DNA of 64,000 bases from Camelus ferus (Eukaryota), in the NCBI RefSeq assembly GCF_009834535.1, contig NC_045711.1:20150001-20214000 (forward strand), in the 5' to 3' direction. Each line of letters starts with the position of its first letter. Position 1 is the first letter of the stretch. Below the pieces are notes generated by a model. That model made no database searches. It worked only from the letters and a program-made list of their open reading frames with translations, and was not told where the DNA came from. Below, one piece after another: positions 12,100 to 24,122 of the stretch. A program made the translations under genes and the position numbers.

Positions 12100-12950
12100 G
12101 GCCTTAGGGATACCTGTGTGCTGAGCGTCAACTGGACCCAGTGCCCTCGGCGTGGCGCGGGCCCGGGAAGGGGACGTGGAGACCCCGGAGAGGGCACGAG
12201 CCCCCGGGAGAGCGCGCACGGCGGGGCGAGGACGCTCGTCACACGGAGGCGCGGAGGCCCGTCCGGTTCCGCAGAGCGCACGGGAGAAGCGCAGGTCCGG
12301 CCGGGGCGGGTGCGGCGCGGGCGGGGTGCGTGCCAGGCCCGCGCTCGGGTCCCCGCCCCGCTCGGCACTCGGCCTCCGATTGCTCGGGCCTGCCACCAGC
12401 CCGGAGGTCGACGGCCGAGCGCGTCGCTCGTGTCCCTGGCCGCGCCGGCCTCGCGCTCCCTCTCGCGGCGCTCGTCCCAGCTCGCGGCGGCTCCCACGTT
12501 CGGCCCGGCTCCCCGGCGGCCTAGCCGATGGCACCTCAGCGGAGGGGCGCGCCCAAGGCGCCAGAGGGCAGCGGGGCGGCCGAGCGCCGGCGACCGAGCA
12601 GGTACTGGGCGGCGAGGGGAGCAGGCGGACGGGGTGGGTGGGGCCTGGCCGAGAGGGGCGGGGGCGGGGGCGGGGCCTCTTCTGGGGGCGGGGCTGTAGT
12701 GTGGGTGAGGCCCGATCGCGAGGGGCGTGGCATGTGCTGGGCGAACCGCACGCCTAGAGGGCGTGGTCTACCCGAAGGGCGTGGCCTGCAGAATCACGCC
12801 CGGGGCGCGCGATTGGAGGGGGAGGGCAGCGGGGTGGGAAACCTTCCCCGACGCCCCTCCCCCGTGGGTACCGAGGGCTCCGCGCCGGGCCTCCCGCACG
12901 GGGACGGGGCTCCGCGGCCCCGTCGTCTGGTCTCTGCGTGCTTTCCTTAG
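12100..12950. promoter_or_regulatory. CpG island / bidirectional promoter shared by HEXD (minus) and OGFOD3 (plus)
   Basis: Very high CpG and GC content, multiple GGGGCGGGG GC boxes (about 12655-12675), located between the divergent HEXD first coding exon and the OGFOD3 ATG at 12528. Confidence 0.85.
12528..12601 (+). CDS. OGFOD3: 2-oxoglutarate/Fe(II)-dependent oxygenase domain-containing protein 3, exon 1 (MAPQRRGAPKAPEGSGAAERRRPS)
   Basis: ATG in good context; 74-nt exon with GT donor at 12602; matches OGFOD3 N-terminus MAPQRRAATKAPEGNGAAERR. Confidence 0.95.
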
Positions 12951-14451
12951 GGTGTGCACATGGGGGTTCCTCGTTGAGTGACCCAATGAATGAGTACGTG
13001 AGCTCACACGTAGCCTTCGAGGGGAGTCTGCCCGAAGCTTTCAGGCCAGAGTGTATTTTAATCACTCCGGGACGAATCACTGTGTCGTCGCGCTTGTCCC
13101 GTCCAAATCCTCTTCCGTTCTGGCAAGATTCTCGGGGTGCTGCTTGAGCCAGATTACCATGGACAGGGGTGCTTATTTTGAGGAGACCCCCGAGGGGAAG
13201 GGGCGTTCGAATATGGCCCAGGAGGCTGTTTTCCCCTCTCGTCTCTGCACCTCCCTTTCCATCCCTTTCTGTCCCAGCAGCCGGGGTGTCCCAGGAGAAC
13301 GTGTCCCCCACGGCTTTGCCCCTGTAGTTTAGGGTTCCAGCCGCCTGTGGCTGAGAGGAGCTGGCAGTCTCCCTCTGTTAGGAATTCTTGGGGAAGAGAA
13401 ATGATGGGCCCGCTGGAGTTAGGTGTCCACCCTGGTCTAATCAGAGGAGGCTAGGTGGGCTGGATGCTGGACAGCAGTTCTAGGGGTGGGGGTCTTTGTG
13501 AGCTGGGCATCTGTACTCCCTGTTTTAAATGATCGTGTGCGCACCCAGCATGGTCTGACTGAGCTGTGCCACCTTGGGACTTATTTAATCATAATCTGGG
13601 TGTTATTTATACAGCAATTCAAAGTGTGGCGGGACATACAAAAAAAAAAAAAGCAGCCTCCTGCTTTTTAGGAATTAATCATATACTTGAAGAAACAAGG
13701 TGCACCTCCATGGAAGGGTGACTGGATCTCTCTTCTCATTGCTCCCAGTCCTTCAAGCCCTGCATGATTTTCTTAGATAGCAGAGCACACGTGCACATAC
13801 ATAGACACACGTATGCATGCGTATACGTCACCCAAACACAGAGAGACGTGTATGCACAGGCACACGTGTGCACACACATACAGACATGCCTGCAACAGCT
13901 GCACAGGCAGTGTGAACCCCCCAGTTAGCCTGGCTGGCACAGAAAGTGTCTTACTTGCAAATCATTTGTTGGACTTGTATTTTCTTCCTGGCTGGCTGGT
14001 GGTTTTAGTAAAATGGGTTTGACTCACACTTAACTTAGTTCACATTGTATGTCTGTGTATGTGCGCATGTGCACCAGGGGCACATGTGTGGGGTTGTGGC
14101 AGTCATTTTCTAATGCAGGCAACATGATCAGTGCCACTCTGCCAGGAACCCCAACCCCCAGACAGGCTCATCTTGTTGCTCTGGGGGCACAGTGAGTCCT
14201 GCCCAGCCATGTGGGGTGGGGGGCACCTTCCCCACCAAATCCCCCCCACCTTCCCCTCCACTTCCATCCATCCTGGCGAGTGCCTCTGGCTTGGTTGAGA
14301 GCGGCTCTGACAAGGGTCTGTGTGGGAACAGTTTAAGGCCGAAACTAAGTGTGGGTGTGGTCTCTGGTCATAGTCATGGTCTCTGGTTGAGGTGGGCTGC
14401 CTTTTCAGCTCACGCAGGTGCATTTGGGTGACCACGGTTTTCTATTCTCAG

Positions 14452-14669
14452 CACCAAGAGTGTCCGGGGGCCCTGGGACATGCGAAGGAAGTGGCTGAGA
14501 GCTGCTGTCCTGGGAGCCTGCACCTCACTCGCTGCTCTCCTGCTCTGGGGCAGCCTAGGGGGCGAGGATGGCATCACTGAGGTCCTAGCTCTCCGAAGCG
14601 AGGTCCTGCCAGGCAGGTTCATCGAGGTGCCCTGCTCTGAGGACTATGACAGTCACCGAAGGTTTGAAG
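14452..14669 (+). CDS. OGFOD3: OGFOD3 exon 2 (transmembrane segment ...WLRAAVLGACTSLAALLLWGSLG...GRFIEVPCSEDYDSHRRFE)
   Basis: 218 nt, ttctattctcag acceptor, GTACG donor; phase consistent with exons 1 and 3. Confidence 0.96.
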
Positions 14670-15544
14670 GTACGTGATGCCGAGGTGATCCAGGAAAAAG
14701 CAGCTTCTTGACAAGGAATTTGTTGAATTCAAAATGCATCTTTTTTTACTACAATGAATTGGTGGGAATCAGGTTGAAAGTAGTGGGAGTGGGTGGCGAG
14801 TGCCCTCCCTGGCCTCCAGGTTGGTTAGTTCACACCAGGTCCAGGAAGTGCAGGTGTTTCAGGCCCTGCTGGTGCAGGGGCAGGCCCACCGGTCACTGCC
14901 CAGGCCTCTCTGCCCAGGCTATGGCGTGTTTCACGGAGGTGCCCCACACAGGGGGCGCTATCTGATGGAGGAGATGGTTTGCCTGGAAGGATGTAACAGA
15001 ATTGGAAAGGTAACAATGCTAAAGTTGAACCCAGAAAAGGCGTTTTCTGTGGAGTGTCTCAGAGTGTTGTCGCAGCAGAAAATGTTGCAACAGGGGACGT
15101 CAGTCCCAGAGGCCCTCCCCCCGTTGTGTGTCCCATCCTGGCGCCTGCCTGCTCTGAGGCGGGCAGCACTTTTGAAAACCTAGCCAGAGCAACGGGATTT
15201 TAAAGAATTCAGTGCAAGGCTTTGAACTTGAACCTTGAACCAAGAAAAGATTGCTGAGTCCCTCCACCAGGGGGTGCTGTTGTGACACGCAGAGTCGGGG
15301 TTTGGGTGACCGCAGGCCTGTGAGCCCCTTGGCAGGGACGCGGATGGAGGCCGCCTTTCCCCGCAGGGGCCAGGAAAGGAGCGGCTTCTGTCGTCGGGAT
15401 TCTCTCTCTGTCTTAGTCAGCTTTTTCCCTCCGAAGTCCCAACTTTTGAGAAAGTACTTCTCAGTGGTTAGAGCTGAAGACAAGTTTTTCTTCCTACCCA
15501 TTTAATAATTTATTAACATTAAAAACAGTTGGAAGGGGCGGGAG

Positions 15545-15710
15545 AGTTAGTGTAGATGGGGAGGGGGTTGCCGTTGGGAAGATGAGGAAGTTCTGGAGAC
15601 GGTGGTGGTGGTGGCTACCCAACAGTGTGAATGTAGCTAATGCCCCTGAACTGTATGCTAAGGACAGTTTAAGAGGTAAACTTGGGGGTGTATGCTTTAC
15701 CGAAAAAAAC
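15545..15710 (+). mobile_element. L1M 3' end fragment
   Basis: gatgaggaagttctggagacggtggtggtggtggctacccaacagtgtgaatgtagctaatgcccctgaactgta followed by an A tail. Confidence 0.7.
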
Positions 15711-16691
15711 AGCTGGAGTGGACGTTAAAGCCTCTGGACTGCCCCCTCGGCTGACGGGGGCCTGTGTGCTGGGCGGCGTGTCTGCTGATTGGAGTCTGTG
15801 CACGCCTGTCTGCGCAGCAAGGCTGTCGCTGCGCACAACTCGCTGCCTCACCCAAATCGTGCTTTTGACACTCATTCTTGTGTCACTGCTGGACTTTACA
15901 GCTTCAAGAGGCAGGGGTTTTGCTCGTAGCTGGAGAAGGTAGCCTGCATGACACAGAGCCTGTGACGCTGGTTCGGACTTCCCTTTTGGGTTAACACGTT
16001 TTTGTTAGTGTTCCGTGTGTCCCTGGAAAAGTGTGGGTATCTGAACGGTTGCCGTGGAGTTCGGCGTGTCTCCTAGTCCACAGTGTGTGCGGTCTGTCCT
16101 CATGGACCCCTGCCTCCCCGTCCACAGTCACTGGGAGCCTTGAGGTCGGGTCTCCACTGCGACTCCACCCTGACCCTGGCCCCGTCCCCATCCGAGCCCC
16201 CATCCTCCTCCCTGCAGTCCTAGGTGCAGAGGCAGAGGGAGGCCGGGTAGGCTCCTTGGGGCAGCACTGCCGGGCCCCGTGGAAGGACAGTGACTAGAGT
16301 TACAGGCACAGCTTTGGTCATCCTGGAGGGACTTTCCGACGAGTCTGGCTCTGCAGTCAGTGATGGTTCTAGAATGTGGTAGATGTCATCTCTGGGCTGT
16401 CTTCCCAAGGGTGGGCGCAGCGCCTGGTGCTCCCGGAATGACCTGCCTGGCGTGGGGCCTCCAGAAACACGCAGGCCCAGTGGGATGGGGCGTGTGCTGC
16501 AGGGGGTGTGCCTATACTGAGCAGTCACCGCTGCAAATCCCATCCCTAATCTCGTGGAAGGCAAGGCCCCATCCCACAGAATTCCCTTGTCCCTGGGGGC
16601 AGAGGCCGCCTGCAGGTGAGTCCCTCACAAATGCAGCAGCTCCTTGTCGGGGTTCGGTGGGGCAGCGTCTCACCCTGGCTCGACCCTCCAG

Positions 16692-16767
16692 GCTGCTCCC
16701 CGAGGAAGTGTGGCCGGGGCATCTCCGATGCTGTCATCACCAGGGACGAAGCCCGGAGGATTCGCAG
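16692..16767 (+). CDS. OGFOD3: OGFOD3 exon 3 (GCSPRKCGRGISDAVITRDEARRIR)
   Basis: 76 nt, AG/GT boundaries, matches orthologue. Confidence 0.96.
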
Positions 16768-17679
16768 GTACACACATCTCAGTCCTGAAGGAGCAGGAGA
16801 GTGGGGCTGGGGGTGGGAAGCAGGGAATGACCACTGAAACGGGGGTGTAAATGTAAAGAAATTCATTTAGAATTCCCTAAGAATTCCCTTGTGCACTTTC
16901 AAGGCAGAGCTGGGCTTTTCTGGTTTCCAGGAGGAAAGGCTGTTGCCCTCCATGACGCAGCTGCTGACAGAACCTTCCGGAGCCTGGGCCCGCTCCAGGG
17001 GAAGCGGTTCTGGCCCGCTGGGTTTGGGGGGGCTATGTGCCCATCAGGCATGGGGGCCCCATCTTTCAAAGACGAGATCTCAGAGCTTTGGTTTTCCATC
17101 AAGGACTAAGACACAAGCAGGCGCCAGGTGGAGCGGCGTCTGGCCCACGTGCTGAGCTCGGGGTCCCAGAGGGCAGACACTCCTGTTTGCAGATGTCATT
17201 GCCGGGCTCGTTGGGTGGGGGTCCCTGGTGTGAGGGAGGGTCCATCCCCTGGCTCCCCGGGTGGCCATGAAGCCTCAGCCAAAGGCACTGGAAGCCCCGC
17301 ATCTTCAGTGAGGCGCGTGGTCCTGTGAGGTCCCGCGTGGCCAGCACGGGGCCTGTGCCCCGCACCCCGCTGGCGATTAAAGGCTGCCCCCAGCCTGTGA
17401 TGGCGGGAGAGGGACCCGCTGGGGCAGCTCAGCCGTTCGACTCAGCAGCAGGTCCCTGTGCTGAGGACGGAAGCTAAGCCTTCTCGTTCCCAGACCATGC
17501 CACGTGCTGGTAACGAGACGGTGACAAATGTTACCGCTTACTCACCTAGCCCGAGAGTCGGGTCCTTTGTCTAAGCGTGTGCTTTTGTTGTAAGCACGAC
17601 ATGGTCACCGTGCTGACTGACGTGTGCCGAGGTGCGCAGGCCTTCACTGAATCCTGACTCAAGCTTCTCCTCCCCACAG

Positions 17680-17722
17680 CGTAGCTGAGAAGGGGCTCTC
17701 CCTCGGAGGATCCGACGGAGGG
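17680..17722 (+). CDS. OGFOD3: OGFOD3 exon 4 (SVAEKGLSLGGSDGG)
   Basis: 43 nt, ctcctccccacag acceptor, GTGAG donor. Confidence 0.96.
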
Positions 17723-19669
17723 GTGAGTCGTGTGCCGCTTGTCACCCCCTTGACTTTGCTCTCCCCCCATCCCGAGGGGCTTCGCAGGTCCCACTCCTGG
17801 TGGCAGAGTGCCCCTCCCTTCACGGTGTGTCACAGCCGGCCTGCCTCCAGTCACACCCACACGTCAGGCACCCCGGTCTGGGGCCAGCGGAGGTCACAGG
17901 CAGGGAGCAGACAGAGCAGGGGACCAGCAGAGCCAGTGAGGAGGGAAGCCCTGGGCAGGGACAGCCGGGGCGTGCTGAGGAGCTGCAGGGGAAACGGTGC
18001 GGAGGTGCCGGGTGGAGGAGGCCCCGCAGACGCTGCGTGGGGACTGTCGTCCACCGTGTGAGTCGGCGGGGGTCCAGCGGTGGTTCCTGAAAGGTGCGTC
18101 CACCCAGAACCTGTGAAGGGAGCTCACTGGGGAGAAGGGTCTTTGCTGCTGTCGTTCAGGTAGGGTCTCAAGACAGATCATCCTGGACTACGAGGTGGGC
18201 CCGCAGTCCAGTGACAAGAGTCCTTGTGAGAGGAAGGGAGGGGAGGAGTGGGATTGAAGAGGAGGCCGTAGGAAGACAGAGGCAGAGACGGAGTGATGGC
18301 ACAAACCCGGGGACGCCTAGGACCACCAGGAGCCCAAAGACTCAAGGAGGATCCTTCCCTGACGCCCTCGGAAGGAGTGGGGCCCTGCTGACACCTCAAT
18401 CCCACCCTTCCGGCCTCCAGCGCTAGAGGCGGGGTTGCTGCTGCTTTCAGGCCAGTGCACCTTCCACTGGGCTGAGTTCCCGTGTGGGGGTCCCCTCGCC
18501 CAGCATGTGGGGCTGGGGGAGCCCACCCTTTCCCCCGTGTAGCTTGGTGATGACCTCTGTGACTCTTCTGTTCTGCAAACGCTTTCCTCTCGAGTTCTGA
18601 CCGTTCAGCTTCTGCTTTGGTTCGGTTCGGGGGGAGTATTTGTCAAAGACCTGTTTGTGCACGGACTCATCCTTTACTCTGCTCAGCATTCACTTGAGAA
18701 GTTGTCTTGTGATGAATCAGCCAAGTTTGATGCCTTTAAGTGCAGTTAACATTTTTTAAGCCCAAGTCATGTTCAAACCAAGCCCTGGGCTGGTCGCTGC
18801 CTCAGTGAGAAGAGACACTCAGCCAGGGTGGAGGTGGTCCGTGCTGGTGCCCACCTTGGCCGGGGTGCAGGGAAGGCCGCGCGGAGGCAGGGCGGGCAGG
18901 GGCGGGAGATGCCCTGGCGGTTCCTTTTAAGTTATGGGCCGGGTGCCTCCCCGGGAGACTAAGAGCCCCCCATGATGAAGCGTCCACCAGTGCCACAGCC
19001 ACTTCGTGGGGAGCAGCCCTCAATGGGGAACGGGCCCCCAGGTGAGGCAGCCAGACACGGAGTGCTCCCCGAGGACAGAGTGGACGGCGGGTGCCAGCAC
19101 CCATGTGAGCGGGCCGCAGGGTGGCGGCGCTGAGGGCAGGGGCCCCGGCTGAGAGCCAGTGCACCTGTGAGACTCCAGGGCACAAGCTCTAGAAACTGTC
19201 CAGTCTGCTGTGGCAGAAAGCATGTCAGTGGTTGCCTGGGGAGGGCCGGGGGTACAGAGGGTGCAAGTAAGTTTGGGGGGTGGTGTGTTTACTCTCCCGA
19301 GAGTGGGGTGGTTTTGAGGGTAAACGTCAACATCGAAACTTGTCAAATTGTACGTAAACAGGAGCCGATCGGGTGCTGGCTGTCCCTCAGCAGAGCAGGG
19401 GAGGGGCTTGTGATTCAGCCACAAGAGTCCTGGGATCTGTTTGGAGGAACTGCATCTGTGGGCTGTTCTCAGAACTTTCGAGTCTTCATTCTTAGGGCCG
19501 CAGAGAAAGATCCCCCTCACACGCCTCTGTCCAGGCGTCTCGAAACCCCGCCGGTGTGCGCCGTCTCCCTGACCTGGGTGTGCGAGGACGGGTCTCAGAA
19601 ACCCGAGTTTAACGGTGGCCTTCAAAGCTCTGTCTTGGCCCTCACACCGCTTGCCAACGTCTTTTCCAG

Positions 19670-19734
19670 GCGTCCATCCTGGACCTGCACTCTGGGGCCC
19701 TGTCTGTCGGAAAGCACTTTGTGAACCTGTACAG
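19670..19734 (+). CDS. OGFOD3: OGFOD3 exon 5 (ASILDLHSGALSVGKHFVNLY)
   Basis: 65 nt, cttttccag acceptor, GTAAG donor. Confidence 0.96.
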
Positions 19735-20270
19735 GTAAGAACCTGGTGGGGGAGGTCTCTGCCCGTTTCTTAGCCGGCGACCCCCACGTGAGGCTTATGC
19801 ATCTGGGATGGAGCGGCTCCAGTCTCGGGCAGACCGTGATGTTTGCCATCAAGCTGTGGCTGGGCGAGGACCAGGCTGTGCAGCCCTTCCGAGGGGCGGC
19901 ATCCTTGCTTTCCATTCGTTAGGGAACAGTCTAGTGCATCAGCAGGGGCTTCTCAGGACGGGCCGAGGGGCTGGGTCAGAGAGAGAGGTGGGAGTGGTGA
20001 CGGCTGGCCGGGCCCCTCAGAGCTGGGGCTCTGACCCTCCCCTAGGGCCAGGGGAAGCCAGAGACCCCTGGCCTTGATAAATCTTACCCCACCTGCCAGG
20101 TGCCGAGCGCCCCCTCCTGCTCCCGCAGGTATCATGGGAAGAGCGGCTCCAAGATGATGAGGACCAGCTGGGCTGTGGGACGCTGGTCAGCGGAGGAAGG
20201 ACGTAAGGGAAATAAGGAAACATTAACAGAACGATTCATTTGTTAATGCTCCTTTTTTTTTTTCCCACAG

Positions 20271-20327
20271 GTATTTTGGGGATAAAATACAAACTGTCTT
20301 CTCAGAAGAGGACTTCCAGTTGTACCG
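20271..20327 (+). CDS. OGFOD3: OGFOD3 exon 6 (RYFGDKIQTVFSEEDFQLY)
   Basis: 57 nt, poly-T acceptor, GTGAG donor. Confidence 0.96.
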
Positions 20328-23300
20328 GTGAGGAGGGGACGACCACCGGGTTCGGGTGGGGAAGGTGGCTGGCGGGGCTGGGAGTGGTGCGGGCGCAGGG
20401 CGGCCGGGTCCTGGCTCTCTCCTCAGGCCGGGCTGGGCCGACATCTGGCCGGAATTTCCTGGGAGGGCAGTGGATGTTAAGCTGAAGCGCTTCCCATCAG
20501 TCAGGAAGTGGTGCAGAGCCACAGCCCGCCCGGGTGGGCCCAGAGGCCTTGCGAGGGTGTCGTGAGCAGCCGTGGGCCCTGCCAGGGCCACGCCACGCAC
20601 CCCCAGGGCCTCGTGTCACAGGCTCAGCCCTCCCGCCCAGGCAGCGGCCTCACAGACCTGGGCCGCTTGCTATCTTAACTCAGCTCCTCGTTCTGAGATC
20701 ATCAAGGTCGCACACAGTTCTGAGAGGTGGCACAGGGGGGCCCCGAGGACCGTCGCCTAGCTCCCCTGACACCGAGCACCGGAGTGCAGGCCCCAGGAAC
20801 CGACACCAGGCACCCACTGTCCTGCTCAGGCTTGCGTTTGGCCTCGCTCACCCAGGGGCGTGTCTGGTCCCGTGGAGTGACTCACCTGTGTCGGTCTGTA
20901 AGGCGCCGCGGAGCCCTGCTGCCCTTTTAGCGCCACGGCCCTGCCCCTCCGCCGCCAGCCACCAGGGCCCATGACCGGCTGGAGCCACGTTACCACAGAA
21001 GCAGCTGCAGCGTGAAGCCCAGGCTCCTGCTGTGGACAAGGTTCCACTCTTGACCGCGGGCGGGGTGAGCAGTAAGCAGTACCGTCAGCCAAGGCCAGGC
21101 TCCGGCGGGACTCGCCCTTCCAGCGGCTGGTCCTGCGCGCCGTGAGCAGAGGGTCCCGACACTGCCGTCGAGACCGCGGACGAGGCTGGTGTCGCCCCGG
21201 CTGGCCGCACACCTGGGGAAGCGCTGGGCCTGTCTGTGATGACCACCGTGACCCGCCGTGCTGCTGGGACCCATGGTTTGATGGGTTCACTCTTGTTTAG
21301 TAGAAAGTGTGCGGCAGCGTCTTGATATTTATAAATTCAAGACTCTGTGGAACAGAAGTGAACACCCAGAATGAAGGGAAAGCAGTGGCCCCGTGCCCCA
21401 TCTGAGTCGCACAGTCGTGCACATCCGGGCCTGCAGAGAGGAGGGACGCCCATCCTAGCTGCAGTCCGACCGTCGCGAGGGCCCCGCGGCCCCGGGCATC
21501 TGCAACATGGGAGTCGGGGCAGACGGAACAGCTGGTGTTCCTGGGGTGGAAACCAAGTCGACCATGTGACCAGAGGCTGGAACGCTGGGCGCAGCCAGTG
21601 CTCGTGGGAGAAGGAGGTGGGTGGGCCAGCACAACTTCACCGGGATGTCCGTCTTGTCCACAGAAGCCCAGAACTGTTTGTCATCATCAAAGAGGAAACA
21701 GGAGGAACCTCACCAATCAGTTCCAACAAGAAAACACAATTATTAAAATAACTGGATAGTTAGTAGCTAATAATTAACTAATTAAAACAATTACAGTGAA
21801 ATAATTAAATAAAATGATTCAAACTTCCAAAAACGTACCATCAAAGCATCTATAACATAAATGGCGGTGTTCAGAGGGACCACCAGAATCTTTTTTAATG
21901 CCCTATGTTCTGTTCTTAAAAATGGTTGAGCATTTGAGACACGACAGGAATATTACCAACACAGGACATCCGTGTGATCACACGTATGGTCTAGATTGTC
22001 AGAAAAAGAGAGCAGAGTTTGGGGGAGCTCTGACAGCAGTGACATCTCAGAGGAGCTGCCCATCTCCCACGAAGGGCTCTGATAAACCACACAGAGTGCA
22101 AACGGCACCCGTTGGTTGATCTCGTGCAGCTGGAAGGAACTGGTCTGAGGTCTAGCTTCGTGGTGAGCGTTTAGGGCAAACATCCTGGAAGCCCCTTGGG
22201 TTGTTGTGGAGACAGTGCGGCCTCGGGAGCAGAGTTCTTGCCACCACGGCAGGACAGCGTCATTTGACTCTCAGCCACTGTTTCCGACTTCTTCTGGATG
22301 GTGCAGAAAGTAAAACCACACATCGTGGCCAGGCTTTCTCCACTACCATCTGTCACCTGAACATTGGGGACACTGTACCCTGTGACAAAGGAAGCCGGAG
22401 TCTGAAAACTAGAGGACAGTCCTCGGTGGGCAGCTGAGGTCACAGGGACCGGGGGACGGGCCCTCCCTGTGACTTCCCACAGAAACAGTAAGTTGGGGTC
22501 AACGTGACCAGTGGTGAGCATGAGGGGCCTGGAGGAAGAAAGGGAGGAAACCAGGAAAGAAAAGCAGAAAACAACAGAGAAACCGGGAAAGATGGCCTCT
22601 GCTCGGAGCAAAACAAGGGGTCAGCTCTGAGAGGAGACCTGTTCGGTTGTCCGGGCGCCACCCTAGAAGGCGTTCGTTGTTTGAGGAAAGCGGGACGGTG
22701 TCACGAATGTTAAGTTCTTCCAGTTTGCTGAACTCAGATGTGGATAATGCAGCCTGCATAGCGTCAAGGCTCGAAGATAAATGAAGCAGGGGAAATAGCT
22801 GACATTCGGAGAGTAATTCTACTGACTTAGTTGATGAGAGACGTTGCGTTCACACGTCTCGCTCCCTCCTGAAGGGCAGGAACACTAGAATGTCGCTGTT
22901 GGTTCAGCGGAGTTTCCGCGAACGCCATTGTTGACACAGATAAACGTTCTGCTCACCGAGATGAGTCTGCGGGGTCAATGGAAGAGGCCAGTCACCAGGG
23001 TTGGCGCCCTGGCCTGGGTGGGACCCCTACCTAGTGCCGTGCGTGCGGAAGACCAGCTGGTGGTGTGGAAGCACGGGGAGGGTTTGTGGGCTGTTGTGCT
23101 CAGGCCCTGTCACTTGGCACACGGGCGGAGGACCGAGTTTATTACGTCCGTGTGCACGGGGTAGGTGTACTTGCAGGTGTGCTGTGAGCGCACGCATCTG
23201 CGCACGAGTGGGTGGCAGCGCGGCACCGTCGTGCAGGTGTGCGCGCGCAGGCAGGCACGTGTCATGCACGTGTGTGGATGTATGTGGGTTTGCACAGTGC

Positions 23301-23968
23301 GTGCAGGGAGGTTTGTGTGCATGTGTGTCCAGTGTGTCCGTGTGTAGGGAGGTGTGTAGGTGGACCTGAGAGACCCAGCTACCCTTTCCAGCACTGCTCC
23401 CTGTGTCCGGCCTCCCGGGCAGTCAGCTCCCTGCAGCTCCCAGGAGCCTGGTCCCGGGGGTCGGCTGCAGTCCAGGGAGGGGTGGATGCTGATGCGGTAA
23501 TCTGTGCCCACAGTTGGGCTGGGAGCCCAGGCTCCGGACAGGCCAGGGAGGGGCCAGGTCTCCATGGGCCAGCACCCCTCTGCTGGGTCAGGCTGCTGCC
23601 CCAGCCCTGACCATGCACTGTGCAGTCCTCTGCCCAGGGCCGGGCCGCCCAGGCCTCAACACTGCTTGGAAGTGGATGGGCCGTGTGCAGAGGGCCACCC
23701 CCCCCCCACCCCCTGATGCTCCTGCTGTCCCCACAGCCACTGCCCAGCTGGCCTGGTACTGGGGTCATTCTAAAGAGAACTGGCCCTGGGTTCCTGGGCG
23801 TGCACATGAGACGCCGGCATACACGTGCGGGACCCGTGTGTGCATCTGTTCACCTTTCCAGCTTCTCCAGCCTGGGTCTCGTTGTGGCGTAGCACAGACT
23901 GAGTCCCGTAGAGGATTCTCTCCTCTGCGGCCACGCAGCTCTGGGTGACGGGTGTTTCCTCTCGGCAG

Positions 23969-24122
23969 GGACGTGCGGCAGAAGGTCCAGCTGGCGATCG
24001 CCCAGGCGTTTGGCATCAGCGCGTCCTCGCTGTACCTGACAAAGCCCACCTTCTTCTCCCGCATCAACAGCACGGCGGCCCGGACGGCCCATGACGAGTA
24101 CTGGCACGCGCATGTGGACAAG
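23969..24122 (+). CDS. OGFOD3: OGFOD3 exon 7 (DVRQKVQLAIAQAFG...HDEYWHAHVDK; contains the HxD iron-binding motif)
   Basis: 154 nt, AG/GT boundaries, H-V-D motif intact. Confidence 0.97.

Noticed and set aside
14452-14520. OGFOD3 cytoplasmic N-terminus about 4 aa shorter than the recalled human sequence
   Set aside because: Lies in a poorly conserved region before the transmembrane segment; frame is intact; likely ordinary interspecies variation.
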